A DNA stretch of 35,247 nucleotides. Origin: Chiloscyllium plagiosum (taxonomy: Eukaryota). The stretch is taken from assembly GCF_004010195.1 (NCBI RefSeq), contig NC_057757.1, forward strand, positions 6,444,600 through 6,479,846, in the 5' to 3' direction. Under the pieces are notes generated by a model. The model worked only from the letters and a program-made list of their open reading frames with translations. It made no database searches and was not told the DNA's origin. Shown here piece after piece: positions 1-10,159 of this stretch. The position numbers and the translations under genes were made by a program. Positions within the stretch are counted from its first letter, which is position 1; each line of letters opens with the position of its first letter.

Positions 1-1649
1 CTCTCTCTCTCCCTGCTTATCCACACTCTCTCTCTCCCTGTTTATGCACACTCTCCCTCTCCCTGCTTATCCACACTCCCTCTCTTTCCCTGATTATACT
101 CTCTCTCTCTCTCTGCTTATACACTCTCTCTCCCTCTCTCTCCCTGCTTACACACACTCTCTCCCTCTCTCTCCCTGCTTACACACACTCTCTCCCTCTC
201 TCTCCCTGCTTACACACATTCTCTCTCTCCCTGCTTACACACACTCTCTCTCTCCCTGCTTACACACACTCTGTCTATCCCTGCTTATACACTCTCTCTC
301 TCTCTGCTTATACACTCTCTCTCTCTCCCTGCTTATGCACACACTCTCTCTCTCCCCCTGCTTATACACTCTCTCTCCCTGCTCATGCACACACTCCCTC
401 TCTCTCTGCTTATACACTCTCTTTCTCTCTCTCTATCTCTGCTTATACACTCTCTCTCTCTCCCTGCTTATACACTCTCTCTCTCTCTCTCCTGGCTTAT
501 ACACTCTCTATCTCTCTCCCTGCTTATGCACACTCTCTCTCTCTCTCACTGCTTATGCACACTCTCTCTCTCTCCCTGCTTATACACACTCTCTCTCTCT
601 CCCTGCTTATACACACTCTCTCTCTCTCTCCCTGCTTATAAACTCTCGCTCTCTGCTCATGCACACACTCTCTCTCCCCCTGCTTTTCACACTCTCTCTC
701 CCCCTGCTTATACACTCTCTCTCTCTCCCTGCTTATACACACACTCTCTCCCTGCTTATACACTCTCTTTCTCTCTCCCTGCTTATACACTCTCTCTCTC
801 TCCCAGCTTATGCTCACACTCTCTCTCTCCCCCTGCTTATACACTCTCTCTCTGCCCCTGCTTATACACCCTCTCTCTCTCCTCCTGCTTACACTCACTC
901 TCTCTCTCTCCCTGCTTATACACTCTCTCTCCATGCTTATACACTCTCACTCTCTCCCTGCTTATACACTCTCTCTCTCCCTGCTTACACACTCTCTCTC
1001 CCTCCCTGCTTACACACACACTCTCTCTCCCTGCTTACACACACTCTCTCTCTGCCTGTTTATACACTCTCTCCTCCTCCCTGCTTATACACTCTCTCTC
1101 TCCCTGCTTATACACTGTCTCTCTCTCTCCCTGCTTATCCACACTCTCTCTCTCCCTGTTTATGCACACTCTCTCTCTCCCTGCTTATCCACACTCCCTC
1201 TCTTTCCCTGCTTATACTCTCTCTCTCTCCCCTGCTTATACACACTCTCTCTTTCCCTGCTTATGCACACACTCTCTCTCCCCCTGCTTATACATACACA
1301 ATCTCTCTCTCTGCTTATACACACTCTCTCTCCCTGCTTATACACACTCTCTCTCTCTCCCTGCTTATACACNNNNNNNNNNNNNNNNNNNNNNNNNNNN
1401 NNCACACTCTCTCTCTCTCCCTGCTTATACACACTCTCTCTCTCTCTCCCTGCTTATACACACACTCTCTCCCTGCTTATACACTCTCTTTCTCTCTCCC
1501 TGCTTATACACTCTCTCTCTCTCCCAGCTTATGCTCACACTCTCTCTCTCCCCCTGCTTATACACTCTCTCTCTCCCCCTGCTTATACACTCTCTCTCTC
1601 TCTACCCCTGCATATACCTTCTCTCTCTCTCTCCCCCTGCTTACACACA
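1..1649. repeat. Tandem repeat of CCCTGCTTATACAC(TC)n units, ~22-30 bp, intronic
   Basis: The core CCCTGCTTA(T/C)ACAC recurs throughout, separated by CT runs of variable length. There is a 30-N gap at 1373-1402. Confidence 0.95.
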
Positions 1650-2049
1650 GTTGGTCCTGATGACCACGACACACCAATCAGGAGAGAGAACTGAAGAGAC
1701 TCCCCCTTAGACAACGCAAGGCCTTAATCGCGTGAAGCCTCTTTGCACTTCCTAACGCTGATCCAAGTTTTCCAAAATCCCAAAACAGTACAAGCCTCGG
1801 GTAGTTGTCAGTGCCCGGCCAGCCCTCGTGAAGGTGGGGCTGAGCCCGTCACCTTCATCCACTCCTTCAGGTGGCTCCTTCCCCTGTAGCCGTTTGGCAG
1901 AGCAGGGTGTAACCCTTGGCTGGTTCACGGGGCTGACTCTGTGGCTGTGGAGTCACGCGGAGTCCCAGGCTGGGGCAAGGTGACAAATTCCCCTCCCGAA
2001 AGGGATGCCAGGTAAGTTGTGATGTCAAGCATTTGGATTGTCAATCACA

Positions 2050-2258
2050 GTGTGCAAGTTAGTGTGCTATTTAGTATTCTAGTTAGTGCGCTAGTTAGTG
2101 TGCAAGTTGGTGCGCTAGTTAGTGCATTAGTTAGTGCACTAGTACGCTAGTTAGTCTGCTAGTTAGTGCGTGAGTTCATGTGCTAGTGCATTTGTTAGTG
2201 TGCTAGTGCGTTTGTTAGTGTGCTAGTGAGTGCACTAGTTAGTGTGCTAGTTAGTGCA
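2050..2258. repeat. Degenerate ~12-bp minisatellite (GTTAGTGTGCTA)n
   Basis: Recurrent gttagtg(t/c)gcta units. Confidence 0.85.
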
Positions 2259-2438
2259 GCTGTAGTGTTGCAGGTTTCAGGAAGAGGGTTAAAGAGCATG
2301 ACCAATGGTCAAGTGTTTGAATGTTCCAAATTGCGTTTCTGCTCTCTGCAATGTTTCCGTTGAGAATCTCTTGTTTGCTTTTCCCATTCTGTGCTCTCCC
2401 CCCCCCACCCCCCGCCCTGTTCCCCGTTCCCCGGGCAG

Positions 2439-2666
2439 GACTTGGTGAAGAGCCACCTGATGTACGCAGTGCGCGAAGAGGTGGAGGTGCTGAAGGAGCA
2501 GATCAAGGAACTGATCGATCGCAACAGCCTGCTGGAGCGGGAGAACGCCCTGTTAAAGTCACTGGCCAAGCCGGAGCAGCTCTCCCAGCTCCAGGCTCAG
2601 CTCCGGAGTACAGCCAGCACCGCCAGTGGGTCATCAGGGTCCTCACCTCCCACCAGCACTGCCTGA
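2439..2666 (+). CDS. Terminal coding exon of a TSC22 domain family gene (end of TSC-box plus leucine zipper); paralogue uncertain
   Basis: A pyrimidine tract and CAG acceptor (AG at 2437-2438) precede [55 protein letters not shown]...STA-TGA. This matches the TSC22D1-4/GILZ signature, and the exon starts at DLVK as in the family. No upstream exon is seen in the window. Confidence 0.96.
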   Translation, partial: DLVKSHLMYAVREEVEVLKEQIKELIDRNSLLERENALLKSLAKPEQLSQLQAQLRSTASTASGSSGSSPPTSTA

Positions 2667-5545
2667 GCTTGGGGGGGAGGTGGCACCGCGCAGCTGAGCG
2701 CTCAGTACTGGGCGAGGGGAGGGGGGGGGCGTTGGAGAGGGGTGGCCCTGTTCCTAACCCCCTCCTCACCACCACTCTCCACCCCCCCTTCAAAAAAACA
2801 CTACGCACTAGAGCACGTCAAACTGCCGGGCAGGGGGAGGATCATGTGCTGACACTCCAGCCCGGGAGGCCACAGGGTGCAAAGTATTTCTAAACGGACT
2901 GATGGATGTGATGCTGCTAACCCTGGCATTCGCTGCCTTTTTAATAAGACTGTGTGCGGGGCGGGGTGGGGCCGTCAGACTGGCTGCTTTCTCCTGCAGG
3001 CAACTCCAGGCCAGGGCGGAGGTTGTGGAATGAGGTGAGCTCCTCTTCAACCCCTGCACTGCTGCCTGTCTGTCTACACTCACTCACTCACTCACTCACT
3101 CGCTCGCTCGTGCTCTCTCTGTCTCGCTCTCTTTCTCTCACAATTGCTTTCATTTCCTGTCTTTCACCCAGGCTCTCTCTCCTCCCTTGTTCCTGACTCC
3201 CACCTTCCCTAAGATGGGAATCCAATGAGTGAGCATGTTCATGGAGATGGGATATGGAAGCAGTGTTTGGTTGGGATGAACAGAGAGGGCGCGGGGGTTG
3301 GTGTTGGGACGTGAAATCCTTCTCCCCACTGTCCCACATTGCCCTCCTTCCTCAAGTTGTTTGGGTACAGTCACCCCTAGTCCTCCCCCACCCACCACCC
3401 CCCGCTGCTGGCCTCATGTCGATGTACAGGATTCCCACTGAGCGGGTTGGATAGAGAGAGAGCCTCTGCACACACTGCTTTTGTTAGTGTTTGTTAAAAT
3501 TGATAAAAGAAAAGCCTTACCTTACCTCACTCGGCAGCGCCAGCCAATTGCTTCCTCAAAACGCCTGACGAAATGTTTTTCCACCAGCCTGGCCCCACCT
3601 TGAGGAGGGGTCTGAGCCCCACCCAGGACCCTTGTCAAGCGGAGGAAGCTGGTGACCCACCAGTTAGCGCCCTCATGGGGGCGTCCACACCAATCTTCGG
3701 GCCCCATTTAGCCAAGCCCAGGAAGAGTGGCAGCAGATTGGAGCTGGGTTTGGAGAGCAGGGGCCTTCCTGTTTCCGGATTGTCTCTGAGCCTTGACCTG
3801 CTCTTCCCATCACAAATGGACGCCCTCTGGGCGGTCAGGGAGTGAGAGAGATGGCTCCACTCTGATCCACGTCTGCCAGGGTTACCAGAGGTCAGCTCTA
3901 GCTTCCTCCGTCCGGTAATGGAAAGGCCACACATGAGCCTGGGGAGAGAGTGGGCGCTGGCACAGAGACTTAATGTGTCTTGGGGGGGGGGGGGGCAACT
4001 GTACGCCAAGGTCATAGATATCTGCAGAGAGGGGGGAGGTCAGTCAAAGGGCCTGGCTTCGAGGGTCTCTGGAAGTGGGAATGAGATTAAAACATCCCCG
4101 CTCCCTCTCACCCCCACCAGTTTAATAGAGATGAAACAACACCAGCTTTACTCAACTGCATTACTCTCTCTCCCTCTCTCTGTCTCTTTCTCTCTCTCTC
4201 TCTCTCTGTCTAGTTTACATACCTACAGCCTTTATTGACTGAGGGATCAGTGAATGAGGCGATGCAATCCGTTTGGTTCTCGAGGAGTGTGGTTTTTGAC
4301 CTTTCCTCAGCTTCAATTGGGGCTTATCCGTTTTGAATAATCACTGGTTCGATTCCGTGGGGCGAGAGCATGAAACCGGGCGGAAGATAAGCTTTGTAAT
4401 ATTTACAAGTGGTGCATTTAGTTTCGGAGATCACCCCAAACTTTTCTTTTCGAACGAGGAGGGAAAGGAGCCAAGGGCTCCTCACAGGGATGCTTCAAAA
4501 TTTGAACCCGGCTGTGGTCGCTCGGTGAGAGACTGGTGCTGTGGCTCCCCCTGCAGTGTGCGCTCAGTCGGGGCGTGGAATCCAAAGCTTAGGGCTTCGT
4601 GCTGGAAAGGACTTGCTCAGAGAGAGTAGTCATGTGTTCGGTTGGTCCGGGGAGCTGGGTTGGAGGAATGAGTGGGTTTGGGGGGGCTGGTGACAGAAGA
4701 AACAAAGTTAAGGGTGGACGGGGAGATTGCCCAGCCACATGCCTGAGACTCCACAGGTTCAGTAACTCCTGCAGCTGAGCAGGGTAAACCAGTGACTGGG
4801 TTTGATACTGGGAGGGAGGGGGTAAGGACAATTCAGTCACCGCCCTGGCTGGTGTTGGGGTGGGGGGGGGAGAGCCGCACTGTGCCAGAACGTTGTCTGC
4901 GGATGGTCCCGTTACACCACGGACGGTCGCCCTCGGGTGCAGAGGACGGAGGTCTGTCTGCTCAGAGTTGGGGAGCCGCAGCCACCAGGGCACGTGTGTG
5001 AGACCGAAAGATTCAGCTCTGAGCGGCTCCTTGGTGCTGTTTGACAGCGGAAGGAGGGAGCTCCCCCCACCCACTACCAACCCCTCCCGGGGTCTCATCC
5101 TGCCGTGGGGGTTTTTGAGAGTCCCGGAGGAAGCTCACTCTCTGGCCACAGTCCTGCGGGTGCTTGTGTAGGTCAGCAGGGTGTGGACATTTTATTCAGC
5201 CCAGCCAGAATGGCTTGCTGTACCCTGCAGTGACCTCCCACCTGGATGGAGCTGGGGCAGAGATTCCTTTGTTAAACAGAAACCCGCCCGCAGCCCTGCT
5301 GACTAACCCATTAGATTGCTTGTTGGGAGTGAGGGGTTAGGAAGATTGTCGCCTGTCTGTACCATGATTTCTGCTGGCTCTGTGGGGGGGGGGGGGAGTG
5401 ATCTCTCCGAATGGGACCGCGTTGGATCTAACCCCATGTGCACAGCACCGTCTTTATTTGCTCCGCCAACTTATCGTTTTGGGGATTTTTTTCTATGATG
5501 ACAAAAAAAATCTCGTAATTAAAATTGAAAAGCACAATGCATGGG
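2667..5545 (+). other. Probable 3' UTR of the TSC22 gene
   Basis: No recognisable transposon lies between the stop codon and ~5600. The stretch ends in an AT-rich segment with ATTAAA at 5518-5523. The end point is inferred. Confidence 0.45.
5518..5523 (+). promoter_or_regulatory. Candidate polyadenylation signal ATTAAA
   Basis: Common variant hexamer, preceded by T-rich sequence and just before TE-rich DNA begins. Confidence 0.4.
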
Positions 5546-5601
5546 CTGGCTGGTGCAGTTATCGCGCGGGGTGTGGAACCGGTGGTCCTGCTCGTTTTAA
5601 C

Positions 5602-6435
5602 GTAGAAACTAGGAGCAGGAGGAGGCCACTCGGCCCCTCTGAGTCTGCTCCTCCATTCCAGCTGATCACCCCACTCAGCCCCCTGTTCCCTGGTGCATCT
5701 CCCATATCCCTTTGATCCCTTTAGACCTCAGAACTACATCTAACTCCTTGCAAAGATTCGACGTTTTGGCGTCAACCCCAACGTTTTGGTGGCAAAAAAG
5801 TTCCCACAGGCCTCCCCACTCTCTGGGGAAAGACATTTCTCTCTCTCTCTCTCTCAGGCCTATCCCGTTTCCTTAGACTGTGACCCCCGGTCATCAGGAA
5901 GACCCTTCCTCAGTTTCCCCCGTCTAGTCCGGTTCGAATTTTATAGATTTCTATGAGATCTCTTCCCCCACTCCCATTCTTCCAAAATGCCACTGAATAG
6001 AACTCAAACCGATCCACACTCTCTCTTCATCTGTCAGTCCTGCCATTCCCGGGGATCAGTCTGGGAAACCTTCACTGCACTCCCTCCATCACCAGGACAC
6101 CCTTCCTCAAATAAGGAGACTGTAACAGCGCACGGGGCTCCAGGAAGGGTCTTTCCAAGGCCACTGTATAATGGCAGCAAGACACCCCTGCTCCCACACT
6201 CCAATCCTCCCGCTATGAATGCTTTCCTCTCTGCCAGCTGCCCCTGCAACGCTTACTTCCAGCGACTGGTGTACAAGGGACACCCAGCTCCCACTGCACG
6301 TCCCCCTTTTCCCAATCGATTACCGTATAGATCGTAAGCCACCTTGCTGTTTCTGCTGTGAAAGCAGTTAACCTCGTACTTATCCATGTCAGATGTCATC
6401 TGCCACACACTTGCCCACTTTGTCCAAGCTGCAGT
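5602..6435 (-). mobile_element. Decayed CR1 LINE 3' fragment
   Basis: Begins with a reversed CR1 tail (taggagcaggaggaggccactcggcccc). The minus translation KWASVWQMTSDMDKYEV...YDLYGNRL resembles the CR1 ORF2 motif WAxxWQMxFNxxKCEV...YxLNG. Confidence 0.8.
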
Positions 6436-6805
6436 GCTAGTGTTGCTCATGTCACCGGCCCGCTCACCCCCTCCCCCCCCCCTCAGTGCAGCTTTTCCGG
6501 GACTTGCACCTTCGGGAGGCTGTCTCTGCCCCAGCTAGGAACAGACCCCGGTGCTGCCGAGGAGGTAGCTTCCAAACCCAGGATATTTCCAATCCCAATG
6601 TGATGGACCTCGAGCAGATCCGTAAGAGACCGTGCGCTCTCACCCACAGGGCCACCCTGGAATGCTTGGATCTGTTTCCCAGAAAAGCTGCTGTGGTAAA
6701 TCGCCCAGCAGGTAACACGCGACTCAGCACACAGGAACCCGGGAGGAGTGAGCCATTTCTAATCACCGCCCTTGCTCTTGACGGTTCAGAGTTTGAGATG
6801 ACATG

Positions 6806-7547
6806 CAGTCAGACAGCCTGGATATAGCCTTCAGTCCATGCCGACCAGATAGCCCAACCTAATCTAGTCCCACCTGCCAGCACCCGGTCCATATCCCTCT
6901 AACCCCTTCCTATTCATATACCCACCCAAATGCCTTTTACATGTTGTAACTGTACCAGCCTCCACCACTTCCATACACGTACCACCCTCAGTGTGAAAAA
7001 GTTGCCCCTTAGGTCTCTTTTATATCTTTCCCCTCTTACCTTAAACCTCTAGTTCTGGACTCCCCGACCCCGGGAAAAGACCTGGTCTGTTTACCCTATC
7101 CATGCCTCTCATGGTTTTATAAACCTCTATAAGGTCATCCCTCAGCCTCCGACACTCCAGGGAAAACAGCCCCAGCCTGTTCAGCCTCTCTGTATACATC
7201 AAACCCTCCAACCCTCGCACCATCCTTGTAAATCTTTTCTGAACCTTTTCAAGTTTTATAACATCCTTTCTATAAGGTGGAATTTAATGCAGTTTTCCAA
7301 AAGTGGCCTAACCAATGTCCTGTACAGCAGCAACATGACCATCCAGTTCCTGTATTCAATACTCTGACCAATAAAGGAAAGCATACCAAACGCCTTCTTC
7401 ACTATCCTATCTACCTGAGACTCCACTTTCAAGGAGTTATGAACCTCCACTCCCAAAGTCAGTTTGTTCAGCAACACTCCCTAGGACCTTACTATTAAGT
7501 TTATAGGTCCTGCCCTGAATTGCCTTTCCAAAATGTAACACCTCGCA
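6806..7547 (-). mobile_element. CR1 LINE 3' fragment (ORF2 C-terminus and tail)
   Basis: Minus translations LGVEVHNSLKVESQVDRIVKKAFGML...LYRTLVRPLLE and ERLNRLGLFSLECRRLRDDLIEVYK, with frameshifts. Confidence 0.93.
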
Positions 7548-7891
7548 GTGTTAAATTTCAGGGCTGGGGAGGAGGCCATTCAGCCCACTATATCTGGGCC
7601 AACCTCACTGTGCAAGTTTTCTGCAAATGGTTTAACCCCTCTGCCTTTTTTGATCCCTTCGAGTGTTTCCCTGAGGAAGTTGCTATTTAATCTCTGGTTG
7701 GCAGCCTGGCTGAGCAGGGGCATTACCATCCTCCCGCTATGGGACTTTGTGCCCTCGAGTTGTTTGAGGAGTTCACATAGACTTGGCTGGGTTCAATACA
7801 CCTGAACCCTGACTGCAGTGTTTGCTGGGGTGTGCCCCTGCCAAAGTGCGGGGCAGAAAACCAGGTTAATTCCCGCTGTGTGACTTTGACC

Positions 7892-8490
7892 TGTTGTTAA
7901 GGTTCTTTCTCCTGAGATACCTTGCACTCTTGATGCAACTGCAACACACCAACTTCAAAACTTTTATTCAGCGCAAACTTTCAGGAGGAACGTTGAACAC
8001 CCACACGCACAAAACACACACCTTGCAGGGAGTCGTGTCAAAGCTCTCCCTGAACAAAGGAAACAGTCCTTCCTTTATACAAAATCTTTACATCACCGGT
8101 CAGTAATGCCCATAAGACAAACCTCCAGTCACTCCCCCAACAGTCACATCCCACTCAAGATACAGTGCAGTGACCTGACCATCTCCAGAAACAATATAAT
8201 GTCAGTAATCTGATAATGGTCAAATCTGTTAGAAATCATTTATTTTTAATGACAGGGAGTGGTCAGAATTCCAACTATAATGTCCTTATTGATTTCTGAA
8301 TAGGAGATGATGACAATGTAACTGGCTCTGAATGGCAAGGAAATGGTCATGTGAATGGCTCTGAATAATAGGAGATGATAATGGAAATTCCTTTCACGCT
8401 GCCTGTAAGTCAGAGGCATCTCACCCTAGCCTCAGGACATCCAATTTCTTGCAGGTCAGCAGAGCAAGTTAGCTCTTTAATATATTACTG
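7892..8490 (-). mobile_element. Possible solo LTR
   Basis: Flanked by TGACC at 7887-7891 and 8491-8495. On the minus strand TATAAA (8074-8079) precedes AATAAA (7963-7968) and the segment ends in CAACA. The other terminus is not a canonical TG. Confidence 0.35.
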
Positions 8491-8514
8491 TGACCTCTGA
8501 AGTGACCCAGCAGG

Positions 8515-8625
8515 TCAGGGTCAGTTGGCTAGTTTGCGATGCGGAGTGAGACCAACCAGGTCACTGTGTAAGCACTGCCTTCTCACCCACACCCTCGCTT
8601 GATGTGTGGTGACCTCCAGTTCTCA
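8515..8625 (+). mobile_element. Degraded tRNA-derived SINE fragment
   Basis: tcagttggctagtttgcgatgcggagtga...ccttctcacc...cctcgcttgatgtgtggtgacc resembles a shark SINE recalled from memory. Confidence 0.4.
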
Positions 8626-8697
8626 CTCCCTCGACCTGGTCTTAACTGTAAGCTGGGGAGGGGCGACAGTGAGAGGAGAGTGACTGCCCTTCGGTGA

Positions 8698-9520
8698 AAT
8701 ATTCGACCGAATGTGACATCAAGGAGCCTCTACCAAAGCTGGAATGGAGGGGCAGGTTCTGATACCTGGTATCGTTGTTGGAGATCAGTCACCTCAACTC
8801 CAGGGTATCTCTGCAGGAGTTGCTCAGGGGAGTGTCCTGGGCCTTCTGCTGCTTCATCAATGACCTTCCCTCCATCATAAGGTCAGAGATCGGGATAATG
8901 GCACAATGTTCAGCACCAATCATGACTCCTCAGATACTGAAGCAGCCCGTGTTCAAATGCAACAAGATCGGGACGATATCACTCACAAATGATGCACTCC
9001 ATGAATAACCTCCCTATCAGCGTCACGAGGTTTACCACTGATCAGAAACTGAACTGGACTTGCTATGTTAACACAGAGGCTGGGAATCCTGCAGCGAGTA
9101 ACTCCCTTCCTGACTCCCCAAAGCCTGTCCACCATCACAAGGACACAAGTCAGGAGTGCGAGGGAATACTCCCCACTTGCCCTGGATGAATGCAGCTCCA
9201 ACAACACTCAAGAAGCTTAACACTCTCCATGACTAAGCATCCCCCTCTTGATTGGCACCACACCCACAAACATCCCCACCCTCCACCACCAATGCTCAGT
9301 AGCAGCAGCATGTACCATGGACAAGATGCGCTGCAGAAATTCACCAAGGCTCCTCAGGCAGTACTTTCCAAACCCCACAACCACTTCCATCAGAAAGGAC
9401 AAGGGCAGCAGATACAGGGGAACCCCACCCCCTGCAAGATCCACTCCGAGTCACTCTCTATCCTGAGTTGGAAATACGTCAGCCGTAACTTCACTGGGTT
9501 AAAGTCTTGGAGTTCTCTCC
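8698..9520 (+). mobile_element. Decayed CR1/L2-group LINE reverse transcriptase fragment (second family)
   Basis: Remnants of the FDRVW and GVPQGSVLG regions and CFINDLPSIIRSE. Homologous to 22330-23598 in the opposite orientation. A short inverted piece follows at ~9539-9606. Confidence 0.8.
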
Positions 9521-10029
9521 TTAATGTCTGGAGGGAAGTGGGTTTGGAAGGTGCTGTCGAAGGAGCCTTGGTGAGGTGCTGCAGGGCATCTTGTAGTTGG
9601 TACTCACATTATCAAGCACAGTAATCTGACAGCAAGCCACAGAAGGAGTTATTAGAGCTGATGGGTGTAGTTGGTTAACACACAACTCCGGAACTGGGTG
9701 GAGACACTTCCCAGGTGAATGCGAGCTGGGTCAGAGGGAGATTTAAACTGAGTGAATTAAGGTAGAGAGGGAGTCTGATGGGAGTGTATTTGACAGACCA
9801 GGACATGAGCATCTGAAAGTCCAGGAGTGGAGGGGTGGGAATTTGGAGAGGTCAGACCTGGACTGAGTCACCAAGAGGCCGAAGGAAATGGGAGCTCCTG
9901 GAAGAGCTTGGAAAATGGATTGGGAACGTTGAACCCATGAAATGCAGCAGGTGTCAGGGAGAAAACGGGAAGAGGTGGTGATGGCCAAATCTGTACAGTC
10001 CCAATTCCCAAGGACTGGGATCCTGACCG

Positions 10030-10065
10030 ATTCCTGAAGAAGGGCTTATGCCCGAAACGTCGATT
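10030..10065 (+). ncRNA. Minimal type I hammerhead ribozyme motif
   Basis: CTGAAGA (10034-10040), extra A, stem II GGGC-TTAT-GCCC, GAAAC, GTC triplet (10059-10061). Stem I attc/gatt pairs at 3 of 4 positions. Confidence 0.7.
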
Positions 10066-10159
10066 CTCCTTCTTCTTTGATGCTGCCTGATCTGCTGCGC
10101 TTTTCCAGCAACACATTTTTAAGCTCTGATCCCCAGCATCTGCAGTCCTCACTTTCTCC
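10031..10159 (+). mobile_element. Short Penelope-like element terminal fragment with target-site duplication
   Basis: ttcctgaagaagggcttatgcccgaaacgtcg...cagcatctgcagtcctcactttctcc. The direct repeat ATCCTGACCGATTCC lies at 10020-10034 and 10160-10174. Confidence 0.85.

Noticed and set aside
1655..1700. CTGATGA and CTGAAGA as a hammerhead core
   Set aside because: No stem II followed by GAAA lies downstream.
44..1710. Long Leu/Ser/His-rich ORFs (538, 441 and 294 aa)
   Set aside because: They are translations of a stop-poor tandem repeat, open in all three frames and crossing an N gap.
2391..2438. N-terminal extension of the TSC22 ORF in the track
   Set aside because: It is the intronic pyrimidine tract upstream of the AG acceptor, and the start is not ATG.
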